Source of the DNA: Lama guanicoe
Lineage: Eukaryota
NCBI GenBank assembly: GCA_013239625.1
Contig: MU053810.1
Coordinates: 5,736,071 to 5,799,034, forward strand
Direction of reading: 5' to 3'
Length of the DNA: 62,964 bases
A model generated the notes under the pieces. That model ran no database searches and had not been told where the DNA came from. It was given only the letters and a program-made list of their open reading frames with translations. The translations under genes were made by a program, and so were the position numbers. Every line of letters begins with the position of its first letter. The first letter of the stretch is position 1. Below are positions 1 to 13,192 of this stretch, piece after piece.

Positions 1-248
1 GGATAATTTAATGAGAGAAGCCAGGTAGTGAGACAATGCTGAGTGCATGCCTGGCACTTGGTAGGCAACCAGTAAATGCTAAGGTAGGCACAGGATTTTA
101 AAAAATTAATGATTAAGTGCCCTAACATTTTTTAGTTTGAAAATATGGTCACTATATATATATTTCACACACAGTTTGGGGCATGTGCTTCTGTCCCCTT
201 TTGTTCAGTTAATAAGGTCAGGGTCTTCTGTTGTTTTCTCCCCAACAG

Positions 249-358
249 GATCTCCATCACAAGGGTCACTGCTGACATCTCGCTGGCCAAGCGCTCAGTG
301 TTGAACAATCCCAGTAAGCATGCAATAATAGAGCGATCCAACACAAGGTCAAGTTTAG
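249..358 (+). CDS. CACNB2: CACNB2 (voltage-gated Ca channel beta-2) internal coding exon, guanylate-kinase domain
   Basis: Encodes (R)[36 protein letters not shown]; ccaacag acceptor and gtaagt donor; 110 nt; phase matches the next exon. Confidence 0.97.
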
Positions 359-367
359 GTAAGTGTG

Positions 368-415
368 ACCAGAAACTGGCACATTGAAACTGACGGTACT
401 TAAATTTAAAAAAAA
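368..415 (+). mobile_element. Extremely 5'-truncated L1 3' tail with TSD spanning the CACNB2 splice donor
   Basis: accagaaactggcacattgaaactgacggtacttaaatttaaaaaaaa matches the L1 tail at 31123-31222; flanked by AAGTTTAGGTAAGTGTG (351-367) and AAGTTTACATAAGTGTG (416-432). Confidence 0.8.
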
Positions 416-699
416 AAGTTTACATAAGTGTGCGCCCTGCCGAGGAGCCAAAGCGCTTTAAAGCCTTCTCTCCGGAGGCTGCCAGTAAGGAGATCTAACT
501 CGATAATTTCATGTGTCACAGAGCAGAGAGGAGACAGACACATGCTGCCAGTTGCTGCTGCTATAGTCTTAGCGATTTCACGGTATGGAAGGGTTTGTTT
601 TGAAAGCTTGAGTTAAAAATTCCACAGGCTGTCAGCATGAATGTTGTGGTTGTGGTTTGTTTTCACGGATGTAACCTTTGGTGTCTACAGACTCTCAAA

Positions 700-850
700 A
701 CGCCTGGCTTTGCCTCAGTGTTGGCACAAACAAGGTCATTAACCTCTGTAAGGCCCAGTTTCCTCGTCGAAACAAAAAGAGATAATAGTACCTACCTTGT
801 AGAATTATTGTAAGGATTAAACATAGTGTGTCCTCTGTAAATAACGGCTG
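700..850 (+). mobile_element. MIR SINE relic
   Basis: MIR core-like text: aacctctgtaaggcccagtttcctc...ataatagtacctaccttgtagaattattgtaaggattaa. Confidence 0.65.
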
Positions 851-2129
851 TTATCCCAGCTCCCCCTTAATGCTTGAATTATATCAATAATTATATTCAG
901 GATATTTGTGTGTGAGTGTGTATGAGCTTGATAAAGGATGAAGTCAGTTCCTGATCATGTTCTACTGATTGAGAGCAGTATTTTTGTTTCATCAATAAGA
1001 AACAGTTTGGAGATTTTAGTTAACGTGTCTACAGGGTTGTGTTTGAATATTGTTGATTAACTTGTGCTAGTTTGATCAAATGAAACATCTGTGGCAACTA
1101 TGTCGTCTCTCCGGCACCTGCTCGGAGTCTTGGGTTAATCGCTGTTACACATGTAACTTATTGGGTTGTTAGGCTTCTGTTTTTAGAAACGAAATTCTCT
1201 CCAGGTTCTATGAGATCTTTGGTTTTAGTTCATTTTTTCTATTTATATGTAAATGTATAAACCCTTTGAGAGGCTGGCTTTTAACACAGAAGTTTTGAGT
1301 GTAGTCTGAAGTATATTCTGTAACCAAAAGAGAAACTGTTAAGAATAAGGAACTTTCTGTTAGTACTCATTACACTATTGATAATACTTTAGTACTTTGT
1401 AAAGTATACACTTATTGCTGTGGTACTATTGCTGTAATACTGCATAGAACTCAGTTCTGTTCTTCACCAACCTACCCCTCATTGACTAAAACTGTAGTAA
1501 TCAGAGCTTTAGAAATACACTGAGGAGAAAATGTGATCATACATTTTGTTGATAGTGATTTCATACCCTTATCATCTGTGACCCTTAAAACTACACATTT
1601 TCAGTGCTCACAGGAGTTGTTACAAAATGCTCATTTCTTTGATTCAGCTGATGAACAAGATCAGGTGAACTTTCTAACTATATAGTATAGTTAAATGGGC
1701 CTGTCTGCAGCATATTGTTTATTGGGCATCCACCAGACACTGAATGTCATGCTAAAGTCTGGGAACAAAAAGGTGAATGAGATGAAGCCCCTGCCCCACT
1801 GGTGCAGCAATAAGGCAAATACGTTAACAGCTCCCCGGAGTGGAGGGGGTGAGGAGGGTGGTCGTGCACTGAACTGGTTACCAAAGAGCTTACGCTGCAG
1901 CAGGTGGAGCCACCGGAAAAGGCCTCCCCCAGCTGCTCAGCCTGAGCTTGGACTTGAAGCCCGATAGGCTTTAGCCAAGAAAAAATGGGGAAAGAGTGAA
2001 GAGGGTGATAGAGATTTAAAACAGGAGCAACACGAGGCTTCTGGAAAACATAAGTGCTTTATTTTGGCCGAGTGTATGGTCTTTAAAAGAGGGATGTGGA
2101 AGAGGTTTCACCCAAGAAAAAGCAAAAGC

Positions 2130-3160
2130 ATAATTGGACATGAAGATGTGAACAGAAATGTTCATCAAAACCCGGGAACCACCCCGATGTCCATCAGCAG
2201 GTGGACGGTTAAACAAATCATGGTATATCTAGACAATGGAAAACTGCTGCACCCTTGATAGACATATTGATGAATCTCATAATAATCATGTGTGAAAGAA
2301 GCCAAAGTAACAAGAGTACAGACTGTACGATTCCATTTAAATAAAAGTCTAAGGAATGCAAACAAACCAATAGCCTCAGAAAGCAGATCCTCCAGGATTG
2401 CCTGGGCTTGGGGAGGTGCGCCAGGAAAGGGTAGGAAGGCGGGACTGTAAAGGAACGCAAGGAAATTTGGGGAGTGATGTATATTTCACGGCTTTAATTT
2501 GGGTTGATGGTTTTGTGGGTGTATGCAGGTGTCAAAATTTACAAAACTGTGCTCACTTCAGCAGCACCTACACCAAAATTGGGATGATACAGAGGAGGTT
2601 AGAATGGCCCTTGCACAAGGATGACACACAAATTTGTGAAGCCTTCCATATATTATTTTAAAAATTTTTTTTACCAAATTGTACATTTTAAATATGTGCA
2701 GTTTAATGTTTAATAAAGCTGTTTTTAAAAATACAATTACCATAGGACCCAGAGAAATGAAACATTAGGTTCACACAAATACTTACACACAAATGATCAT
2801 GGAAGCTTATTCCTAATAGCTAAAGGCTGGAAACAATCCAGATGTCTTTCTGTGGGTGAATATATGTGGTACATCCATTCAATAAAATACTACTACTCAG
2901 CTGTGAAATGGAACAACCACTGAATCAAGCAACGGCTTGGATGAATCTCAGAGGTCTTATGCTGAGTTAAAGATGTCGGTCTGGAAGGGTTAAATACCAT
3001 ATAATTCTGTTTATATGACGTTCTTGAGGAGCCAAAACTCTAGTGACAAACACCCGTGGTGACATGGGGAGGTGTGAGCACAAAGGGACAGCCCGCCGTT
3101 GCTTTGGGAGCAGTGGGACTGTTGCGTGCAGACTGTGGTGGCAGCTACGTTAGTGTGTAC
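2130..3160 (+). mobile_element. Old L1M (L1MC/ME-like) 3' UTR fragments, interrupted by a U6 copy
   Basis: Typical L1M 3'-end motifs (gtccatcagcaggtggacgg, gatgaatctcataataatcatg, aaattgtacattttaaatatgtgcagttta...aataaagctg); a second fragment starts near 2745. Confidence 0.7.
2549..2656 (+). pseudogene. RNU6: U6 snRNA retropseudogene (full length, diverged)
   Basis: gtgctcacttcagcagcacctacaccaaaattgggatgatacagaggaggttagaatggcccttgcacaaggatgacacacaaatttgtgaagccttccatat aligns end-to-end to U6 with many CpG transitions; ACAGAGA box altered; no PSE/TATA upstream (lies inside L1). Confidence 0.93.
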
Positions 3161-4369
3161 TCGTTTCCTGTGGTCAGTGTCTCCACTTTACTCGCCTTTA
3201 TTCACTCTCCAGCTGACTCCCAACCGGTTTCTACTTTATTACTTAAAAAAAAAATCTATTACTAAAGAAGTTATTGGTAACCTGCCTGTCATTAGTCCAG
3301 GGGACACATTTCAGTCTCTTACTCAACACTGCGGTGATGTTGGGGGGACATTTGTCCTCTCTCTCCTCCAAGCACCCCCTTCCCTTGTGTCCCTCAGCAC
3401 CATTGATTCTGGGCTTCAGCCTCTCCTCTTTGCAGGCATGTCCTGTGTGGCTTTGGAATATTAGGAATTCTCCATTGTTCATCTAGGATCTCCACTCTGT
3501 TCCCCTCTCTCTTGTATTCACACCCATTGCTTTAATTATCTCCTAGATTCAGATAGCTCACGATCATATCCCAGGCTAACTAGCTCCTTTAAACTCCAGA
3601 ATTATACCTCCTACTTGACGGTATTGCCTTATATTCCTCAAGCTTAGCACATGCTAAAGAGAATCTCTAATCTTTCCCATATTCTTCTAATTCCCCAGGG
3701 TTTCTTCCCTGAATAATGCAAGTCAGGTTGCTCATCCCCATTTTGAGAACCAGGAAACCCTGGGGCCACCGTGACACTTGAGCTCTCCTTGTCACTTCTT
3801 CTCCCCCGCATACCTCCAGGTCTGTTGGTTCTGCCTCCTAATTATCTGTTAGATCTGTCTAATCGCATGCAGGGTGGAAACCACCGCTCCAGTCCAGGTC
3901 CCCTGAGCTTAGTTCTTCACACCAAAGCCAGTGAAATCTTTCCAAAGAACAGATCTCTTCCTGACACATCCCTGCTTAGAACCTCCAATGTCTGCATTAT
4001 TCTTAGACATGAACAAAAGCCCTTGACCTGGCCCTGGACACCACAGGTCCAGCCCTCCTCGCCTCACCTCACCCTGGGTCCTGCCCTGTCCCTCCGCTTC
4101 AGCCATGCCGTCTCTAGGAGCTGACCAGGGCTGCCATAACCAATGCTGCAGGCCAGGAGGCTGACGCAAAGTTACTGCTCACTCTTCTGGAGGCTGGAAG
4201 TTCCTGGGGAAAGGAAAAGGTGCTTACAGCGGGCCCTAGATTCCCTTTTTTTTAAAGAAGTAAGGAACTTGTCAAAACTAGAACTCTGTGCTTAGTGATT
4301 ACGAAAATGGCATTGGAATTACCACTAAATCACTGATACCAGAGCCATCTCAAGGTCTTATTAATTTCT

Positions 4370-5290
4370 TTCTTTTTTAATTGAAGTATAGTTGACTTAC
4401 AGTGTTGTGTTGTGTTAGTTTCAGGTGTACAGCATAGTGATTCCGTTACATACATATGTGTGTGTGTGTATTTCAGATTCTTTTCAATATAGGTTATTAC
4501 AAGATACTGAATATAGTTTGCTGTGCTATACAGTAGGTCCTTGCTGTTAATGTTTTACATACAGTAGTGTATCTATGTTAATCCCAAATTCCTAACTTAT
4601 CCCTCCTCCCTCGTTTCCTTTGGTAACTGGAGTTTTTCTGTTTGTGAGTCTATTTCTGGTTTGCAAATAAGTTCATTTATATCTCTTTTTTTTTAGATTC
4701 CACATATAAGTGATATATATTTGTCTTTCTCTGACTTATTTCACTTAGTATAATAATCTCTAGGTCCATCCATATTGTTGCAAATGGCAGTATTTCATTA
4801 TTTTTTATAGCTGAGTAGTATTCCACTGTATGTATGTGTACATACAGCGTACACAACAGTCTCTTTATTCATTCATCTATCAGCAGACATTAAGGCTGTT
4901 TCCATGTCTTGGCTATTGTAAACAGTGCTGCTATGAACATTGGGGTGTATGTATCTTTTTGGAGTTTCGGTCCTTTCTGAATATATGCCTAGGAGTGGGA
5001 CTGCTGAGTCGTATGGTAAGTCTGTTTTTAGTTTTTTAAGGAACCTCCATACTGTTCTCCATAGTGGATACACCAGTTTACATTCCCACCAACAGTGTAG
5101 GAAGGCTCCATTTTCTCCACACCCTCTCCAGCATTTATTATTTGTAGGCTTTTTAATGATAGCCATTCTGATGGTGTGAGGTGATACCTCAGTGTGGTTT
5201 TGATTTGCTTTTCTCTAATAATGAGCGATGTTGAGCATCTTTACATGGGACTATTGGCCGTCTGTACTGTCTTCTTTGGAGAAAGGTCTT
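4370..5290 (-). mobile_element. L1 3' end (ORF2 C-terminus plus 3' UTR)
   Basis: Minus-strand ORF 4873-5166 ([20 protein letters not shown]...HCWWECKLV...[13 protein letters not shown]...LPYD.A.PLLGIY) is the L1 ORF2 cysteine-rich C-terminus; T-rich tail at the left. Confidence 0.93.
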
Positions 5291-6144
5291 ACTAATTCTT
5301 AACTGACCACTTGGATGTCCCCCAACACCAGCTGCTATCAAACTAACAACCCCCTCTGTTTTTACAGTATTGGTCAATTATAGAAACTGGTCTCCAAACA
5401 AGCAAAACGTCCCTTCTTTTTGTTTTACAGAAAACATTATGATTGTCCCTGAGCACTGCTGTTAGATATCAGAGATGTAAAGTATAGGCAGAAATGCTCT
5501 TCATTTTCTCAGCACCAGTTTTAATTCAGCACGTGTTAGAGATTGGGACATGGAATGATGAATAAGGCTTTCAGATTCAGAAATGAACATCAGCAGTCTT
5601 GAACATTTCTTTTTTGACGTAAATTCTCAATATGATGTACTGTGTTAAAGGAAAACCACTAGTATAGATACATTTCTTTTTGAAGCATCATTTTTACTTG
5701 GAAGTTAAAAGTAGTTTCTTCAGGATTTATTGGTCATCTTTCTTTAAGGTTTATTTACTAATATGTTGCATTGGGATTCTGAAAATCCCCTTTAAATTTT
5801 TTAAAAATATATCATTTCTCCCCTTAATGTAAAAAGTGTAAGATATTTGTGTATGTAAGAATATTAAAAAGATATGTGTGTGTATACACACACATATGTA
5901 TACACAATACATAAGATCACGATATATTGACACTGTTAACAGGAGTAATTTGGGGATATGTAATAAGATAATGGACTTTCTTTTGTTTATCTGTTACCCA
6001 GATTTTATACAATGAACAAGTGTTACATTTATAATCAGTTTAATAGTGCTCAAACCTCTAAAAACATGTATTTTTTAAGTTGTAGGATTCTGTGACTCAA
6101 TAGCTGTTATTAACAGTACACAGATGAAAATCTTTGGGACCAAA

Positions 6145-7960
6145 TTTCTTTTTACTGATATAATTACATTTACCATTATATTAGTTGCAGACGTACAACA
6201 TGATTTATACATGTATGTATTGTACGATGATCACAGTAAGTCCAGTTATAAGTATGTACATACACAGTAATGAATTTTTTTCTTGTGCTGAGAAATTCTA
6301 AGATCTACTCTTTTCGCAGCTTTCAAACATACAGTACGGTGTTATTCACTGTGTCACCATGCTGTGTGTTATATCGTCAGGACTTATTTATATCATCCAA
6401 GCACCTTCACCCACTCCCCTCTTCCCACCTCTGGCTACAACCAGTCTGTCCTATCTATGAATTTGATTTTTTTTTCAATTTTACATTTAAGAGAGATAGT
6501 ATGGTGTGTGTTTTTCTCTTATTTCACTCAGCATAAGACCAGTAAGGTCCTGTCTATTCATGTTGTTGCAAATGGCAGGGTTTTCTTTTTTATGGCTAAG
6601 TAATATTCCTATGTGTTTGTATATCACATTTTCTTTATCCATTCATCCAGTGATGGACACTTAGGTTGTGTCATCTTGGCTATTGTAAATAATGCTGCAG
6701 GGAATATGGGAGTGCAGGTTTTTCAAGTTAGTGTTTTCATTTCCTTCAGCTAAATACCCACAAGTGGAACTGCCGGATCATACGGTAGTTCTGCTTTTAA
6801 TTTGGCAGTGGGCAGGGGTGGGTGGGGGGGCTCCATACTGTTTTCCACAGTGGCTGTACCATTCTACATTCCCACCAACAGTGCGCGAGAGGCCCCTTTT
6901 CTCCACATCCTTGACAACACTTGTTATTGTTTTTTTGATAATAGCCATTCTAACAAGTGTGGGTGATATCTCACTGTGGTTTTGATTTGCATTTCCCTGC
7001 TGATTAGTGATGCTGAGCACCTTTTCATGTCCCTGTTGGCCATCTGTATGTCCTCTTTGGAGAAATGTCGATTGAGATGCTCTGTCCATTTGTTAATTGG
7101 ACTGTCTGGCTTTTTTGCTATTAAGTTATATGAGTTCTTTACATATTTCAGATAATAATTCTGTATCACATACAGGTATACCTCATCTTATTGTGCTTTG
7201 CTTCATTGAACTTTGAAGATAGTGTTTTTCACAAATTAAAGGTTCTGGCAACCTGGAATCAAGCAAGTCTATCGGCACCATTTTTCCAACATTTGCTCAC
7301 TTTGTGTCTTTGTGTTACATTTTGGTTATTCTCTTGATATCTCAAACTTTTTCAGTATTATTTTTTATGATGATCTGTGGACAGTGATCTTTGATGTTAC
7401 TACTATGACTCTCTGAAGTCTCAGATGATGGTTAGTATTTCTTAGCAATAAAGTATTTTAAAATTAAGGTATGTACATTGGTTTTTTTTTAGGAAACAAC
7501 TTACTGAACACTTAGACTACAGTTTAGTGTAAACATACTTTTATATGCACTGGGAAACCAAAAAATTCATTGGGACTTGCTTTATTGTGATACTTGCTTT
7601 ATCGTGATAGTCTAGAACCAAACCCACAGTATCTCCAAGGTACGCCGTACATAGGATTTGCAAATATTTTCTCCCATTTCCTTTGCTGTGCAGCAGCTTT
7701 TTAGTTTGATGTAGTCTCAGTTGTTTGCTTTGGGTTTCGTGTTTGCTTTTGGTGTCAAATCCAAAAAAGGCTTTGCCAGAACCGACATTAAGGAGTTTAC
7801 CACCTATGTTTTTCTCTGTTTTTATGGTTTCAGGTTATACATTTGAGTCTTTAATCCACTTTGAGTTGACTTGTGTGTATGTGGCCATCGTTTTCACATC
7901 AGTATTTACCGAAGCGACTGTCTTCTCACCCAGTGTATATTCTGGGGTCTTTTGTCGTAA
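6145..7960 (-). mobile_element. L1 (L1MA/MB-like) 3' region split by a Tigger insertion
   Basis: ORF2-like peptides PINKW...[31 protein letters not shown] (6924-7169); L1 text resumes after 7650. Confidence 0.88.
7173..7647 (-). mobile_element. Internally deleted Tigger1-derived DNA transposon
   Basis: Terminal inverted repeats CAGGTATACCTC... and ...AAGGTACGCC(T)G flanked by TA duplications (7171-72, 7648-49); internal text matches both ends of Tigger1. Confidence 0.85.
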
Positions 7961-8932
7961 ACGGACCATTTATGACAGCCCTCCATCGTTGCAGTGGGCA
8001 CTGCAAGCTGCTGCTTTTGCTTTATAGACCTGTCGTATCTAGTAGTCTCTGGTTATTTAACTGTTATTTAAATTTCAATAACTGAGTTGTTCAATCACTC
8101 TAGCTCCCTTTCAAGTGCTCAAGGGCCGTATGTCGGTGGCAGCTACCAGACAGCAGTGATACAAAATACTTCCCTCATCACAGAATATTCTCTTGGACGG
8201 CCCTTTTTAGACTCTCGAGAGATCATGGAAGATGTGAATGAACTGAATGAAATTCTTTTGGCGTTCAAGTAGATTTTAGGAGGCTGAAGTTTTCTGTCAG
8301 TTGTCGAGTCTGGAATTCTGTAGCGCTGCCTCTGATGACTGCCCTTTTAAAACATGAATGTTACAGGACCATTCTTTTGTTGGTGGAAAATATGAGAAGT
8401 GCAGTTCTGGACAAGTCTGTTGTAAACACTCTTAAAGTCTTTCCTGTTTTACGTTGTCCTTCAGCTTGCCATTACATACACCTAGACGCTGTCATATCCA
8501 GAAAGCATTCCAGTGGGTGACATATAAACACAGATAAGCTCCTGCAGTGAAAGCTGGTGATGGTTGCTGGGGTAAAGTGGTCAGAAACAAACACAGGAAA
8601 GAGAGCTCTTAAGGTTTCTATCTGACATTTTGAGGAAATGGCTTCATAGAGTGAAGTTTTGTAGCACCACAAACAAGTCAGCAGAGAGCACCAAAAATTG
8701 TGATTCTCACAGACACGATGTTACATGGGGAATCAATTTTATAGCTGGTTTAGAGAGTGAATTACTTAAATTCTAGAGGTGGTGTGAAGAAACAGGATAG
8801 CTTTCATCAGCTTGCTGACTTGTAGACCTTAACCTGAGGGCTCACTTACCTGCCTTGCTGCTGAAGAAACAGTGTAGCATTCTACTTTATCTGGTCTAAA
8901 AATACTCTTAAGTAATCAAAACTCTTGCTTAA

Positions 8933-9118
<186 letters not shown>

Positions 9119-9277
9119 TAATTAAACTTTCCTAAAAATGGTGGTTTATATTCTGCTTCCCAGTTATAAACAGGTTATGTCCGTATCCAGCACGAAGGGT
9201 TTGAAGAGAGACGCGGTAGTCAAGAATTGTTCAGATTCATATAAGCAGAGCATGATGATTAGTTTCCTGGCTTAGAA

Positions 9278-10221
9278 AAGTGATTCCCAAAGTGTGGGCC
9301 ATGGATTGCTGGTGGTGGGAGGTTTCCAAGGCACTTCCAGTGTCCACGGGGTCAGAACCATTTCCATGATCACACTAAGACACTGTCCTTTTTCACTGTT
9401 GTGATATTTGCACTGATGTTAGAAGCAGAGGTGGGTAATGTCTGGGAAGGAATCAAGACCATGCCAGTGCTAACGGCATTGTGGTCTTCCTCACCATGTC
9501 CTCACAGTTAAAAAAGTTTCACTTAAGAATAGCCTGATAAAGCAGTAAAATTTATTAATTTTATGAAATTTTGATTCATGAATACAAGGCTTTTAAATAG
9601 TCTGTGTAACGAAACGTGAAGTACACTTTAAGCTCTTCAGCTACATACAAAGTTATCTGGAGAACAAGTTACTGGTGTGATGATTTGAGTCGTAAACTGA
9701 ACGAGCCACTTGGATCATGGAACACCATTTTTATTTGACATGCCTGCTGAGACCCATTCAAATGTCAAGATAGATCAATGGAATTTAATTAACAGGGTAA
9801 GAAAAGTTCATTGATGGGTTTCAGACTTCACATGGCAGCTAGTCTTTTCAAGAAAAAACTACCATTTGTTAACTGTGGTATCAAAGAAAAATAAGGCTAT
9901 ATTTTCTTTGTATATTTCAACCAAAACAATATACCAAAGCAGAGTCAATGTAGAGGCAGGAAACTTCAGCTGTTTTCTGTGAAGCCGGGCATTGGAGAAA
10001 TTTGCAAATAATTTAGCTGTTTTTATCAGGAGTGAGTAGTCAATGTTAACATGTAAACAGGTTTATTGGTCATTTTAAAAGGAATCAGTATTTTTTAATG
10101 TCTTTTTTAATTTCCAATATGTAAATATTAGGTATAGTTCACATAAAATAAAAAAGCTCTTTGGAGTTTGCAATAATTTTTTAAAACAGAAGTCATGAGA
10201 CAGAAAGTTTGGTAACTGCTG
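9278..10221 (+). mobile_element. hAT-Charlie1-type DNA transposon relic
   Basis: Termini agtgattcccaaagtgtgg... and ...aaagtttggtaactgctg; transposase remnants (gtttcacttaagaatagcctgataaagcagtaaaatttattaatttt). Confidence 0.75.
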
Positions 10222-10447
10222 GCCTTGAAAAAAGACAAGACTCCCCAGGATGAGCTCCATGCTGGTGATCCTTTTTTTGAAGCTTGAAACTGAGATTAAC
10301 ATGTTCGTTTTGCAGTTAATCTTCAATATATTTTCAGTTCAATAATTCAACCTAATACAAAGCATTTGTGCTGTATGGAAAAGGCCCCGGATAAAAGAGT
10401 GAATGTTGAACCTTGTCGTTTACCTGAGTACAGATATTCTCATTTAA

Positions 10448-10582
<135 letters not shown>

Positions 10583-11626
10583 TAATCCACTCGGAGGCAT
10601 CAGACCTGGCATTCTGTTAACAAAAACCAGACGGACAGGTAAATGCCGGTCTGGGGGGAGAATGCTCTCCATTAGCAGTGGTCTTCACTCCAAAGAAGAG
10701 AACTGTCCACCTCTTGCCGTGAGCACCTGTCTAGGTCACGATCGTGACTTATGAATGGCTATGGTTTGTTTGGTGGTGACTTCACTTTGTTAATATCTAA
10801 CACCTACTTAGTATCTTAAATGAGACAAGATTGTGGTTTCAGAAAATACTTGGTTTGAAAGATGGATCTTTTCGGGGTCCGTCTGTTATTCACTTCTAAT
10901 CAGGGAATGAGTTGCTGGCTCTTAATAACCGTCTAAGAAATTGATCAGAGATATTATAAAAACAAATTTCAAAACCAGTCAGTTACCCAGATTCAGACAC
11001 CTGAACACACTGCTTTATATAGCATGCTTTGGGTTTTTGTTTTGGCTATTCTAAAATGAAGGTTGGGCAGAAGCTTTAAGAATTATGCTTATATCCACTT
11101 ATGATTATTTGGAGTATGTTAACATTTATAAGAACTTTGTTTTGAAGTTTGGACCAGGTCAAATCATTAGTGGTTTCAGCTTTCTCTGCCAAATTTCATG
11201 ACCTAACCCTGCCTCAGTCATCTCCCAAGATTAAGGATTCCACGGGCTCTATGTCAAAAACAGGCTTCTTCCTGTACTGTTTGGCTTGCACTCCTGTTTT
11301 CCTACATCTTTTTTTTAACGTAGTATCTATTCCTTTCTTCATGATTGGCAACTTTTCTGTCATGCCCTGAACAACTATTATTACATCGGTTAAGCATGTA
11401 TGTTCTAAACAAGGATCTGAGGACACACACTTGTAATCTGACTAAATAGGACAGTCAGCCAATCTGAAAAGTAGGGGCACGTAAGCAAGAGCAGAGACAA
11501 AGCGGTGAGGTTCTTGGGCCCCTTCCTTCCTCCGCCCTGTGTTGGGGGAGGTTTGGGGCACATGTGTGACGTTCAGTCTGTAATGGGCCGGTGTAAACGT
11601 GCCCTTTGAAATGTCTGCCTCCACAG

Positions 11627-11812
11627 GAGTTGTTTGATGTGATCTTGGATGAGAACCAGCTCGAGGATGCCTGTGAGCACCTGGCCGACTACCTGGAGGC
11701 CTACTGGAAGGCCACGCATCCCCCCAGCAGCAGTCTCCCCAACCCTCTCCTCAGCCGGACTTTAGCCACTTCAACTCTGCCTATCAGCCCCACGCTAGCC
11801 TCCAACTCACAG
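11627..11812 (+). CDS. CACNB2: CACNB2 penultimate coding exon
   Basis: Encodes [62 protein letters not shown]; ccacag acceptor and gtaagg donor; 186 nt. Confidence 0.97.
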
Positions 11813-12079
11813 GTAAGGGAGCTCTTTTCTACCGACTAGCAACGCGGCTGCCTGGGGTCACATGGCTGGGAGGCAGGCCCAGAAGTCCAGCACAGTGCTT
11901 GTTCCAAGCGGGCAGCTCTATCCAGAATGAGACGAACCCGAGTTGCTTACGTCCATCTCCAGCGTGCGTTGTGTGCCTGCAGAAAAGCAGAGTAAATAGA
12001 GTCCCGTGAACATGTAGAAACCGTAAAATTCCCTATCCCCATATTCTGTTAAGACAGAGATAGAAAAACCATCTCTGTG

Positions 12080-12330
12080 GTCAGCAATACAGACCATGGA
12101 CTCAGACTGCCTGGGTTCAAATCCCTCGTCATCTCTTCTCAGGTGTGTGCCCTTGGGAAAACCCTCACCTGCTCTTTGCCTTCGTGGGGCTGTTGTAATT
12201 AACTATCTCATGTCATTCTTTTCTCATGAGACTCTCTTGTTGTATTTTACAGGGTTGTTATATTAATGAGTTGCTATATGTGACTTCTTGGGATAGTGCT
12301 GGTCTCATATTAAGTGCCATTTAAGCATTC
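12080..12330 (+). mobile_element. MIR SINE relic
   Basis: tcagactgcctgggttcaaatccc...tgtgtgcccttggg...gggttgtt...taagtgccatttaag. Confidence 0.65.
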
Positions 12331-12567
12331 GACATGATTTTTTTTCCCCTTAAAACCAACATCCTAAGAATTGAATCTTCCCACGTGTATTCAAGCAAAG
12401 GTAGTTAAGTGTACACCCATGTATAGATAGATCTCAGGGACCTGTGTGTCTTTGAACCACAAGAGAACATATAAAAAAATTCTCCCTCCTTAGTCTTTTT
12501 TTTTTTTAAAGAAAACTTACTCTGTACGCTGTTCTGTGCACTTACAAGTTAACAAAGTCTTATTATA

Positions 12568-12657
12568 AGCAACATGGATGTCCCTGGAGAACATCACTCT
12601 AAGTAAGCCAGAAAGAGAGAGAAAAATACCATATGAGATCGCTCATATGTGGGAATC

Positions 12658-12690
<33 letters not shown>

Positions 12691-13005
12691 AAAAAGAACA
12701 TAAATACAAAACAGAAACAGACTCATAGACATAGAATAAAAAGTTGTGGTTGCCAGCAGGGAGGGATGGGGGAATGGACAGACTGGAGTTCGAAATTTGT
12801 AGGTACTGACAGGTGTGTATATATATATAGAATAGAAAAACAAGATTATACTGTATAGCATAGGGAAATATATACAGGATCTTGCGGAAGCTCACGGTGA
12901 AAAAGTATGCGACAATAAATATATGTTCATGTATAACTGAAAAATTGGGTCCTACACTGGAAACTGACACAACATTGTAAACTGACTATAACTCAATTAA
13001 AAAAA
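12568..13005 (+). mobile_element. Young lineage-specific L1 3' UTR fragment
   Basis: gcaacatggatg...aaataccatatg...internal A-run...acagactcatagacatagaa...aactgacacaacattgtaaactgactataactcaattaaaaaaa, an artiodactyl-type L1 3' end. Confidence 0.88.
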
Positions 13006-13192
13006 TCATAAAGTCCAATATAGTACAAACTTTATAAATGCCACTGCATGTTATCAAGAGAATGAAGCGACCGAGCTAGGTCAGATTTCATTTGAGATAC
13101 TTTAAAAAGGGACTAGACTTGAATGGGCTTGCCTGTGTGACAGGGCCTTAGACTCGGACCTTGGCTGAGGTGTCTGCTCCCTTCTCCTCCAG

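Noticed and set aside
2549..2656. Functional U6 snRNA gene
   Set aside because: Many substitutions, including in the ACAGAGA box, and no upstream Pol III promoter.
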